This document shows, one piece after another, positions 13,160 to 24,001 of a DNA stretch of 64,000 nt (the first letter of the stretch is position 1; each line of letters opens with the position of its first letter). This DNA comes from Octopus vulgaris (Eukaryota). The notes under the pieces are model-generated. The model was not told where the DNA came from, did not search any database, and saw only the letters and a list, made by a program, of their open reading frames with translations. The translations under genes and the position numbers were made by a program. Where the stretch lies: contig OX597821.1 in NCBI GenBank assembly GCA_951406725.2, positions 33,232,001 to 33,296,000 on the forward strand. The letters run 5' to 3'.

Positions 13160-13515
13160 GGTGGTGGCTTCCACCTCGTTGTCGAGTATAGCCATTGCAC
13201 GAAGCTTAATCAATGTTGTTATCGTGCAATGCCTGTGCAAGAAGATTTTTTTTAAAGTGGGGAAAGGCAGTGCACTGAGTCAATCCCACTCACTAAGTAA
13301 CAGCAGCCATAATCCGAAAAGAAGAACAAGTCAACATCATCGGTAACCACTGAGCCGCAGGTTTTATGTCGGAGTTATCCCAGTTACCTGAGTTACCTTC
13401 TCCTAGAAAGATGCCCTAACAAAGGCTAGGAGTCCTTCACTCCAAATGGTCTAACCGCGCGATCGGGTATTCAGTCCGATTATTTCTATGTCCCCGCGCA
13501 TGATACAGTCTTAAG
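13160..13515 (-). mobile_element. Probable RTE-type LINE non-coding (5' UTR-like) fragment within (ATAC)n
   Basis: Minus strand AGCCTTTGTTAGGGCA...CTAGGAGAAGGTAACTC resembles RTE 5' leader motifs; recognition only. Confidence 0.35.
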
Positions 13516-13546
13516 ACATACATACATACATACATATTTATATATA

Positions 13547-14051
13547 CCGTAAATCCTCGAGTATAATCCGCCCCCCCCCAAAAATTTAAAGGTCAAAATC
13601 CCTAGTGCGTACTATATACGAGGTTAAAAATGAAAAATATTACCTAAGCAATGTCCGAGTCTCTATTTGCTGCCTGGCAATATTTATTCAAACGCATTTT
13701 GTGATGTCGGGCGTGAAAATACCTTAAGCTAAGCCTGAAAGCAATGAAGTCATAAAAGAATCATTCATGACTTGCAGTAAGCAACATTTATTAAACGTTA
13801 TTACTGTTATTTCTTTATTTTCTGCAAACAAAATGCACAAAAAAGCTACACGTTTGCATTATGTTATATACACAATAATAATAAAGGATGTTACCGTATA
13901 CAGTTTTACAAACCAAGGACGTTATATAGACCTCCTTGACTCAAGTTAAAAGGGGGTGCGTATTATACACAAGGTTTAAGTTTTTCGGAGGTACAGCCCC
14001 CTAAAAATCCCCTGCGTATTATACTCAAGGGCGGACTATACTCGAGGATTT

Positions 14052-14055
<4 letters not shown>
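13547..14055. mobile_element. Tc1/mariner(pogo)-type MITE, second copy
   Basis: Reverse complement of 4813-5309; same TIRs; inserted in TA repeats. Confidence 0.88.
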
Positions 14056-14082
<27 letters not shown>

Positions 14083-14554
14083 TCATGTGAAACCGTTGAT
14101 TCCGACATGTTTTCTCTCTCCGTTCCCTCCCCACACTCTACACCATTTCTACCCTCTCATTCCTTTCTATCGAAGAGCATTGGCTCGAAATATCAAAGAC
14201 ATTTCCATTCTTCCCAAGCGTCAAACTAATACACCTACTTCTTGTTCCCTCACCTGTCTTCGGTTTTTGTAAATTTGAAGTACATGTCTATATCTATCTG
14301 TCTGTCTGTCTATGTGTGTGACTGTACCCCACTACCGCTTGACAACCGGTTTTGGTTTGTTTATGTTCCCGTAATCTAGCAGTTCGGCCAAAGAGATTGA
14401 TAAAATATGTATTAGGCTTTAAAAGACAAGTACTGGAGTGAACTCGTCTGATTAAAACCATGCAAGGCAGTGTCTCAGTATGGTTGCAGTCCAGTGACAG
14501 TAACAAGTAAAAAGAAAGACTCATTTAATTTTATTTACATCCAGTGGAAATTTT

Positions 14555-14973
14555 GGATCTTTTCAGTTTGAACGGCAGTTTTTTCTAGCGGTGTCATATG
14601 AAATTGTCACCCATAATTATGACCCTAGTATCGATCTATTGCATTTCAATCTGTTTTAGGGTTAGGGTTAGTTAAGGTTAGGGGAAGGGTATCTTTTTTT
14701 CTTCACAAATGTAAATAAACCCAATCTGTTTCTTAAACGAGGGACATTTTCATACGACACAGAATGTTTTTTACCTCAATGGACGTCATCGATTGGTTGA
14801 AATTGCAGAAATTGAAGAAAAAAACAACAAATATCCTCCAAACTATAGAAGTTTCTCAATAAAGCAAAGAAAAAAAGATGTTTTATAAACACATTCTACC
14901 AGTATGCGAAGTTTAAAATTTTCTAGTTACCTAGAAATTATGTTAAAAACTGCCGTTCAAACCGAAAATATCC
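14555..14973. mobile_element. MITE family A
   Basis: TIRs; 8-bp TSD GAAATTTT at 14547-14554 and 14974-14981. Confidence 0.92.
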
Positions 14974-15427
14974 GAAATTTTAGTCGTATATTACTTAATT
15001 GGTGTTTTTAGGGGTGGGGAAGCTTTGTTTAAAAATATGTCGTGTGACGATTATAGGATGAACGACCTTAACATTTCATAAAATGCAAAATACACAACGA
15101 ATAAGCGAAACGAGATACTTTTCCAGAGTTTAGAAAGAAAGAGAAGGAGAAAAAATAACTATAATAAAATGGCCGGAAATTACTTTCATAAGATAATATA
15201 CAATATGAAAACGAATACACTAATATTACAAATGGCGAAAGAGAAAGAGAAAGAAACTTATAAAATATCATAAGTAGATAGTTTGAGAGTATATGTATGT
15301 CTGTGTACGTATATAGACAGAGGTTTTTAAAAGAGAATTTCACATTGACAGTAGGAAAGAAGTGAGAATGATTCATATTGAAAGTGTGAGAGAGAGAGTC
15401 ACGTTTTAGAAAGCAGGAGAGAATGAG

Positions 15428-15449
15428 ACTCTCTCTCTCTCTCTCTCTC

Positions 15450-15505
<56 letters not shown>

Positions 15506-15705
15506 CATACGTACGTACACACACACACACACACACACACGAGGAGTGTGAGAATTACAACACGGAGAGTGAGTATGTTATAAATACGGAGATTTGGTGA
15601 GACGAGGTGCATAGAGAGATATTGTTTGAAGATAGAGAAATTCTTAGCGGGAGAGGTGGGTGGATTAATGAAAAGATTTAATCTAAAGAGAGAAGGAGAA
15701 ACGAT

Positions 15706-15776
<71 letters not shown>

Positions 15777-15780
15777 TATA
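15428..15780. repeat. Compound microsatellites (CT)n(AT)n(AC)n
   Basis: Direct reading; similar arrays near 21780, 29470-30150, 40395-40720, 41280, 41935, 42880, 46040, 52980. Confidence 0.95.
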
Positions 15781-16539
15781 AAGTAGAAAGGAGATTTTTC
15801 ATATTTTATTTTATTTTTTGCTTTTTCATTTCTTCAAATCACAACTAAACTGATGTCGCTAAAGTTATTTACTTATATCTATAAATTATAGTGAATAATA
15901 AATATATGGTTGCTCTAGTTATACACAACTTCATTGCAGAAAAGACTCTCTTCAAAGTCACTAAAATATCACAAGGCTGTTTTTATATATCATATCAATA
16001 TCGTGCCATTTTGAAATCGGCATAGAATTTCTGTTGACACTTCGACACCATGTTCTTTCGAGATTCTTCTCTCCTTTGAAAGACTTCAGTCAGCCCTGAT
16101 TGGACAGAAAAATGGTCAGAGGCGTTCCCGTTGTGACCATCCCATTTTTTTTTTTTAGATAGTATACCTAAGATAATATACTTACACTTATTTTAAAACT
16201 GGAAAGTGTTACAAAGCTGCTTTTTATCCCAAAGTCTCCATTTATCGAACAGATGATCTTCGATGGAAACCATCCCAAACGTGACCATCCAGAAAATACT
16301 GGCCTTAGGCCAAAATTTGAAACCGATATTTCAGTATTCATAAGGTAGTGAGCTGGGAGAATCGTTACCGCATCGGGAACATTTCTTTCGACTTTACGTT
16401 CTGTGTTCAAATGTCGCCGGGGACGGCTTTCGTTCTTTCAGTTGAACACAAGTGTCGATGTGATCAACGTACCCTTTCCCTCGAAATTACTGGGCCTTGT
16501 GCCAAAATTTGAAACCAATACTTCGATATTCAACTAAGG

Positions 16540-17596
16540 CAGGGGTCGGGGAACTTTTTTAACAAATTATCCCAAAATATATTTATTTACTCTGACGTTA
16601 CCCCACCCCTTAATTCGAAAAGTAGAGAATCATAGATTCTTTGAATTCAAGAGGTTTGTTGAATCTATTATTTATATGGAGAATGCAATTATAAATATAA
16701 AACGTATAAGACAAACGCTATAAAATAAATTAATATCCTCATTATGAAACTTTTTCCCTTCAAGTTTTGGAGAAATGATGTTGCATTTTTTTTTACAATT
16801 ACATCAAAATTGGGGCATTTTGATGCCAGAGCAAGGATCTTTTCGGTTTGAACAGCAGTTTTTAACGTAATTTCTTGGTAACTAAAAAATTTTAAACTTC
16901 GTATACTGGTAGAATGTGTTTATAAAACATCTTTTTCTCTTGGCTTTATTGAGAAAATTCTATAGTTTGTAAGATATTTGTTGTTTTTTTCTTCAATTTC
17001 TGCAATTTCAACCAATCAGTAACGTCTATTGAGGTAAAAAGCATTCTGTGCCGTATGAATATGTCCCTCGTTTAAGAAACAGATTGGGTTTATTTACTTT
17101 TGTGAAGAAAAAAAAAAGATATCCTCCCAACCCTAACCCTAAAACAGATTGAAATGCAATAGATCGATACTAGGGTCATAATTATGGGTGACAATTTCAT
17201 ATGACTCCGCTAGAAAAAACTGCCGTTCAAACCGAAAAGATCCCAATTTTGATACAGTCTTCAGAGTCCAATCAATTTTGTTAAAGAGTTATTGAATAAC
17301 TACTTAAATCTACTTAGACAAGGCAAAAACACGTGCCAAAAATAAGGTTAAGGCGGGTAATAGACAACTGATAAATAATGTTTAGTCATTTGACAACACC
17401 TTAGCAACCAAATTATTTGTAGTTCAAAATGGCGTGACGTCCCTTAAACACGTCCATTACATTGGACAGATGCAGCGTTGTCAGAAGAAAAATTTCTGTC
17501 GTAACAAGGAACACGTTTTTATATAATTTTACTTATGTCTAATGAGTCCTCATTACCCACAAGAATTTCATTTTTACTCCGGTTCGCCGATCCCTG
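16540..17596. mobile_element. Non-autonomous hAT element (contains MITE A)
   Basis: TIRs CAGGGGTCGGGGAAC...GTTCGCCGATCCCTG; 8-bp TSD AACTAAGG at 16532-16539 and 17597-17604. Confidence 0.85.
16835..17243. mobile_element. MITE family A nested in the hAT element
   Basis: Full TIRs and body; no TSD seen. Confidence 0.9.
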
Positions 17597-17600
17597 AACT

Positions 17601-18485
17601 AAGGCGGCGAGCTGGCAGAAACGTTAGCACGCCGGGCGAAAAGCGTAGCCGTATTTCGTCTGCCGTTACGTTCTGGGTTCAAATTCCACCGAGGTCGACT
17701 TTGCCTTTCGTCCTTTCGGGGTCGATAAATTAAGTACCAGTTACGCACGGGGGTCGATGTAATCGACTTAATACATTTGTCTGTCCTTATTTGTCCCCTT
17801 TTGGGTAGTAAAGAAATAGATATTTCGTCTGCCGTTACGTTCTGGGTTCAAATTCCACCGAGGTCGACTTTGCCTTTCGTCCTTTCAGGGTCGATAAATT
17901 AAGTACCAGTTACGCACGGGGGTCGATGTAATCGACTTAATCCGTTTGTCTGTCCTTGTTTGTCCCCCTCTGTGTTTAGCCCCTGTGGGTAGTAAAGAAA
18001 TAGGCATTTCATCTGCCGTTACGTTCTGAGTTCAAATTCCGCCGAGGTCGAGACTTAATCCGTTTGTCTGTCCTTGTTTGTCCTCTCTGTGTTTAGCCCC
18101 TTGTGGGTAGTAAAGAAATATATATTTCGTCTGCCGTTACGTTCTGGGTTCAAATTCCGCCGAGGTCGACTTTGCCTTTCGTCCTTTCAGGGTCGATAAA
18201 TTAAGTACCATTTACGCACTGGAGTCGATGTAATCGACTTAATCCCTTTGTCTGTCCTTGTTTGCCCCCTCTATGCTTGGCCCCTTGTAGGCAATAAAGA
18301 AAAAAGAATCGTTAGCACGCAGGGCAAAATGCTTAGTGGTATTTCTTCCGGCTTTGCGTTCTGATTTAATTTCCGCCGAGATCGACTTTGCGTTTCATCC
18401 TCCCCGGGTCAAAACCAGTTGAGCACTGGAATCAATGTGATCGATTTCCCTCTCCCTTAAAATTTCAGGCCTTGAAGGAATATTA
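17601..18485 (+). mobile_element. SINE group 1 tandem array (full head plus 4 partial units)
   Basis: AAGGCGGCGAGCTGGCAGAA (A-box-like), GGTTCAAATTCC (B-box-like), central GACTTTGCCTTTC-TCCTTTCGGGGTCGATAAATTAAGTACCAG; units restart at TATTTCGTCTGCC near 17821, 18005, 18123. Confidence 0.88.
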
Positions 18486-18669
18486 CTATATTCAACATTA
18501 TATACGATTCTACAAACAAATCTTATTTTAAATTGAAACAATCTGCGGCCAAACGAAATCTTTTGTCAACTTTTGATTTTGATTACTGGGACGCCTGTGA
18601 CGTCCTTTTGATATAATTAGTTGACTTTGATTAGGAAATATCTTCAGCTGAAAAGAATCTCCAACATAC

Positions 18670-18821
18670 TTCCCAACCACATGGTTCCGGGTTCAGCCCC
18701 ACTGCGTGGCACCTTGGGCAAGAGTCTTCTACTCTAGCCTCGGGCCGACCAAAGCCTTGTGAGTGGATTTGGTTGAGGGAAACTGGAAAAAGTCCATCAT
18801 GTATGTATATGTATATATGTC

Positions 18822-18870
<49 letters not shown>

Positions 18871-19075
18871 CAGCATCGATTGACAACGGTGTTGGTGCGT
18901 TTACGTCCCCGTAACATAATTGTTTGGCGAAAAAAACCGATAGAATAAATACCAGGCTTTATGAAAATAATAATAAAAAGTATTGGGGTCGATTCGTTCG
19001 ACTAAAATTCTTCTAGGCAGTGCCCCAGCATGGCTACAGTCTAATGACCGAAGCAAATAAAAAAGATAAAAGAGA
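18670..19075 (+). mobile_element. SINE group 2, 5'-truncated
   Basis: GGTTCCGGGTTCAG...GGCACCTTGGGCAAG; same tail as the 37634 copy. Confidence 0.85.
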
Positions 19076-19240
19076 GATACTGTTGATCATGTATGATCAC
19101 AGGATTAGGGATAAGGGATTATCATATTTTGATAAGCTTTGCGCTTCGCTTTTTTATTGACGCGACAAATGCGAAACTGACCGGGGAACTGACTTCTTGT
19201 TAAGTTATCAGATAGTTGCAGGTTGATATTGTTGTTGTTG

Positions 19241-19600
19241 GCACTCCGTCGCTTACGACGACGAGGGTTCCAGTTGATCTGATCAACGGAACAGCCTGCT
19301 CGTGAAATTAACGTGCAAGTGGCTGAGCACTCCACAGACATGTGTACCCTTAACGTAGTTCTCGGGGATATTCAGCGTGATACAGAGTGTGACAAGGCAG
19401 ACACAACAGAAACAGGAAGTAAGAGTGAGAGAAATTTCTGGTGAAAGAGTACAGCAGGGTTTGCCCCCATCCTCTGCCGGAGCTTCGTGGAGTTTTTATG
19501 TGTTTTCGCGCAATAAACACTCACAACGCCCGGTCTGGGAATCGAAACCGCGTTCCTATGACCGCGAGTCCGCTGCCCTAACCACTGGGCCATTGCGACT
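19241..19600 (-). mobile_element. SINE group 3 (tRNA-derived), (CAA)n tail
   Basis: Minus-strand head GCAATGGCCCAGTGGTTAGGGCAGCGGACTCGCGG...GGTTTCGATTCC; closely similar to 41340-41716. Confidence 0.85.
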
Positions 19601-19827
19601 CCACGCAGGTTGATATAGGAATTAGCAAAGTACACCCTTACGTCAGCACCAGTCAGTTTACTTGCATTTGGTAGTGCCATATAGAACACTGTAACTTAAC
19701 GATTACAGTGGTTATTTCTGTAGTCATGATTGTTCAGCAACTTCACTGGACTCCATAAGTTTTTCCTTGGTAAGTGATATGATGCAACAGATTACTACTG
19801 TTGAGAGATTTAGGAAGAAATTGTGGG

Positions 19828-20248
19828 GGATCTTTTCGGTTTGAACGGCAGTTTTTAACATAATTTCTAGGTAACTAAAAAATTTTAAACTTCGTATACT
19901 GGTAGAATGTGTTTATAAAACATCTTTTTCTCTTGGCTTTATTGAGAAAATTTTAGAGTTTGTAAGATATTTATTGTTTTTTTCTTCTTCAATTTCTGCA
20001 ATTTCAACCAATCACTGACGTCTATTGAGGTAAAAAAAAAACATTGTGTGCCGTATGAATATGTCCCTCGTTTAAGAAACAGATTGGGTTTATTTACATT
20101 TGTGAAGAAAAAAAGATACCCTTCCCCCACCCCTAACCCTAACCCTAAAACAGATTGAAATGCAATAGATCGATACTAGGGTCATAATTATGGGTGACAA
20201 TTTCATATGTCACCGCTAGAAAAACTGCCGTTCAAACCGAAAAGATCC
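19828..20248. mobile_element. MITE family A (plus a partial copy at ~20296-20442)
   Basis: Full TIRs and body. Confidence 0.9.
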
Positions 20249-20449
20249 GAACATTAAGATCCGATCTTAATCGCACCTGGCACGAAACTGGTATTGCAAA
20301 CATCTTACAAACTATAGAATTTTCTCAATAAAGCCAAGAGAAAAAGATGTTTTATAAACACATTCTACCAGTATACGGAGTTTAAAATTTTTTAGTTACC
20401 TAGAAACTATGTTAAAAACTGCCGTTCAAACCGAAAAGATCCAGAGTAA

Positions 20450-20820
20450 GTAATGATCGAAAGTGTAAGATTGCGAAATCAAGCGGCCGAAGGTTCTCTG
20501 GAGTAACGTTACTCGACAGGGTACGCAGCTGCGGTATCAACGGGTATCTATAGGTCGAGTCGCTACTTCTCTGCTTTGTTAAAATGTCGCAGGAGAGGAT
20601 CGTAAGACACATTCTTCAAACCCAGCCAACCGGGCGGAGATCTAAGGGACCGCGAATGAGATGGTTAGATAATAGCCATAGTCTCAGTTGATCACACCTG
20701 GAAATTCAGTAGGAAAATTGAATGGCGGTTGTTTCTGATTGGAACCTATGGAGGAAGTGCTTGCAGACTCTACCTTCAAGACTCTTTCAGGAATAGTGGG
20801 CAGCAGCGAAAGTAGATGTA
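20450..20820 (+). mobile_element. Degenerate RTE/RTEX-like LINE 3' fragment
   Basis: Translates MSQERIVRHILQTQPTGRRSKG..RMRWLDN and SDWNLWRKCLQTLPSR; GxRxxGRPxxRW-type C-terminal motif. Confidence 0.6.
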
Positions 20821-20839
20821 CATACACACTTAAAATATC

Positions 20840-21390
20840 GACAAGACTTCCGCCCGTCCCCCCACCCAAAACCACCATTTTTTCAGGGGTTTTCACCCCC
20901 CCCCCCGTTTTCGGCTACAGGGAATACGAATCTGCAAAAAAATTGGCAAAAATTGGCATTTTTAAATTACCACCCACACCACCCCCATTTTTTCCCTTTT
21001 TTTCAGAATGTTTTTTTTTTCAAAATATGCGAAAAAATACGGAGATTATGATTCTGAAAAAAATTTCCAAAAAATTATCTAAAATTTTCTTTTTTAAGAA
21101 TTTTTTTTTCTAAATATGCGGGGAAATACGGACATTATGATTCGGACAAAAATTTCAAAACATTTATGTAGTTACGGTTAAGGTTTTAGGGTTAGGGTTA
21201 GTGTTGGGGAAAAAGTCAAAATTGAAGAATTTGTGGGGGTAAAGGTGGGGGGGGGGATTTAACAATACCGATTTTTGGCAATTTTCTGAAACCTCCGTAT
21301 CCGAAAACGGCCTTATTGGCCAAAAAGAAAAAAAATTTAACAAACAAATTTGGGAGAAAATGGCGGTGGGGTGGGGGCGGAAGTCTTTCC
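20840..21390. mobile_element. MITE family D (Merlin-like)
   Basis: TIRs AAGACTTCCGCCC...GGGCGGAAGTCTTTCC; TSD AAAATATC/AAGATATC (7 of 8 match); TTAGGGTTAGGGTTAG near 21186. Confidence 0.75.
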
Positions 21391-21784
21391 AAGATATCTG
21401 TATATATATATATATATGTGTGTGTGTGTATGTAGAATGTATAAAGTCAAACTCAGAACGTAAGGAGTTGGCAGAAATGCCGCTAAGCATTTTGTCCGAT
21501 ATGCTAATGATTCTGCCAGCTCGCCACTCTAATGATAATAAAATAGTTGGTTGTAGCATTGGCACAAGGTCTGAAATTTGGGAGAGGGACTTTGGACGTT
21601 TGGAGACAATGCAAATGCGAAATACAGAAGAACAAGAAAGCGGGGACGGGAGGGATTAAACACACATTCACAAATATACACCTGTTCGTGTAACGGTAAT
21701 GTTAGCTGTTAAACTTGGGTTTGTGATTTCAGTTCCCACCTACAGAGGTGTGTATATGTCTGCACGCGCATGCGTGTACACACA

Positions 21785-21816
<32 letters not shown>

Positions 21817-21822
21817 CACACG

Positions 21823-21861
<39 letters not shown>

Positions 21862-22460
21862 ACATACATACATACATACATACATACATACATACATAAG
21901 AGTTTCGCTTTCAATCACTTGATCCCAGATTCAGTCCTGTAGCTCGGTTTCTAACTGAACCTCAGAGTTTGTCTCGCAACTCGAGTTTCATGCAGACACA
22001 CACACACACACACATATACATTTATATATACATACATGTGTGTGTGTAAAATACTGTTGTTACATCCGACTGTATCGAAGTTCTTTCTATTGACCATCAC
22101 TAAAGATTGCTTTCGTACATGTTAGTCGACCAAGGAATTGTGGGATATCTACTGTGTATAGTTATTTAGTACGAAGAAATAATTTTCAAATATTACCTGG
22201 TGTTGGAGAAAAAAGAGGAAAAAGGGAGGTAGTTACTGAGATGCGTGGAATTGTTCTTATTAACGAAAGTCATTGTGACATCATAGAAAACGTATCAACG
22301 TAATGAAGACGGTCTTGGTGGATCGAATTCAGTGGGAAGAAATAAGTACCGAACATCCTCGGCAAACTTTTTCTTTTCCGATCTGGCCTTTTTAAATTAA
22401 TCAAAGAACGTTTACAGAACGGGACATAATTGGTAATATATTTCGTGTGTTAAAGTGAAA

Positions 22461-22612
22461 ATGAACAATAACATGTTTATAGGTACTGATTCCTTAAAAG
22501 ATACTGCCAACAGATTAATTGTATATAACGCGGAAGCCACAATTGACCATGAACCAACAAAAATCGACGAATCTTCTCCAACAGTTCTTAAGTATCGCAC
22601 ACCAAACTTCAG
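22461..22612 (+). CDS. Candidate first coding exon of an unidentified gene
   Basis: AAAATG start, 50 open codons (MNNNMFIGTDSLKDTANRLIVYNAEATIDHEPTKIDESSPTVLKYRTPNF) ending at a strong donor CAG|GTAAGG in non-repetitive sequence; no homology recognised. Confidence 0.3.
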
Positions 22613-24001
22613 GTAAGGTTTGTTGTTGATGTAGCTATAGCTGTGGTATTGGTGGTAGCGGTATGGGGTGGTTGTTTTGTTATATTCTTTCTGTTTATGT
22701 TGTTTTCAACCGCTTTTTCGCAAGAATCCGAGAACACTCAAAACAGTGTTAAACAATGAAATTGGGTAAAATGTGGCGAGAATCTGCATAAACAATGAAA
22801 ATTGTCTTTCTTGGTGGACGAGGAATTAGGTAATAAAATTCTGTTCTTTGAATTTAAAAGCGTCCAATTTAAAAGAAATGTGCAAATAAGTACTGCTGTT
22901 TCTCTTGGTGTTTTCTGCATCTCTCATCTGGTAGCTGCTGCTGCTTGCTGGTTTCGTTTGGTTTCCGTTGTTATATTATCGGAAACCCGATTTTCCTAAG
23001 TTTAGTCCGTCACCTTTTCTTTCAGTCTGTAGGCTATAACTAATATTGACTCGATACAGTTCTAATTTGAATTTAGATCTTTAAAGAATTCAAGACACAG
23101 AAGAGGAACAGGCCCTCTGGCGGTGATGTTTCATGTTCTTTGTCCCAAATATATCACTTTATGTTGAAAACCATTGCAGTTCATTCATTCACAATTGTAA
23201 ATTTTGTTTGGGAATGGAATAGTTGATTAAACATGCCTTCATACAATACTGGTACTAACATTATTGATTCCAATAATAAAGCAAAAAACATCGTTCCCGT
23301 TCGATTTGGACAAAGAATAAAACTAAAGTGTAAATTATGTTTTTTGTAAATTTACTTCACTTTGAACATGTTGCCTTTTAACCCAGAGTTGCTTACTTTT
23401 AAGGTCTTAAAACCTAAAACGAAGAGAAAAATGTGGTATTGTGACAAACCACGCTTTTCTGAAGGATATTATCGACGTAAGAATTGAAATTACATCAATC
23501 AGAAATTTAAACCGAATCGTTATTTCAATTCACCGGAAGCTTGTTGATTGTTACTTTTTCTTTGAAATTTTCTTTTGAAATTTTTTGAAACCGTGCTGTT
23601 TCAGGAAGTGTGACTGATCGTAAAACACAGTTCTTGGTCAAATACCGAATACATTTATATATGTAAACAAATGAGGTTTTATACTGTAAATGATGTTATA
23701 TACGAAAAACAAACAATGTATTTCATGAATCAAGCAGATAACTAGAGAAATAGTTTACATATGAATATTTTATTATTACCCACAAGGGGCGAACATAGAG
23801 GGGACAATACAATCTGATGTGGGGTCAGATTAACGAATGGGTTTACAAAAATGGCGAATTTTAAAATTTACAAAAATTACAAAAATATCAAAAATCGAGG
23901 AACAGACCGGAAGACATTACGGATGGAGTGGGAGCGGGTTTAGCTCGGACCCCACGAGCCCCGCCTCCCCACTGATACTTTGGTTTCATCTAGTTTTACA
24001 T

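Noticed and set aside
15068-15777. Long ORFs of YIYI/CVCV/HTHT type (also 21699-21942, 29547-29952, 40227-40775, 42778-43299)
   Set aside because: Artefacts of dinucleotide microsatellites that lack stop codons.
17601-18485. Regularly spaced repeats resembling a CRISPR array
   Set aside because: Units are 120-190 bp SINE segments with no unique spacers, in eukaryotic context with no cas genes.
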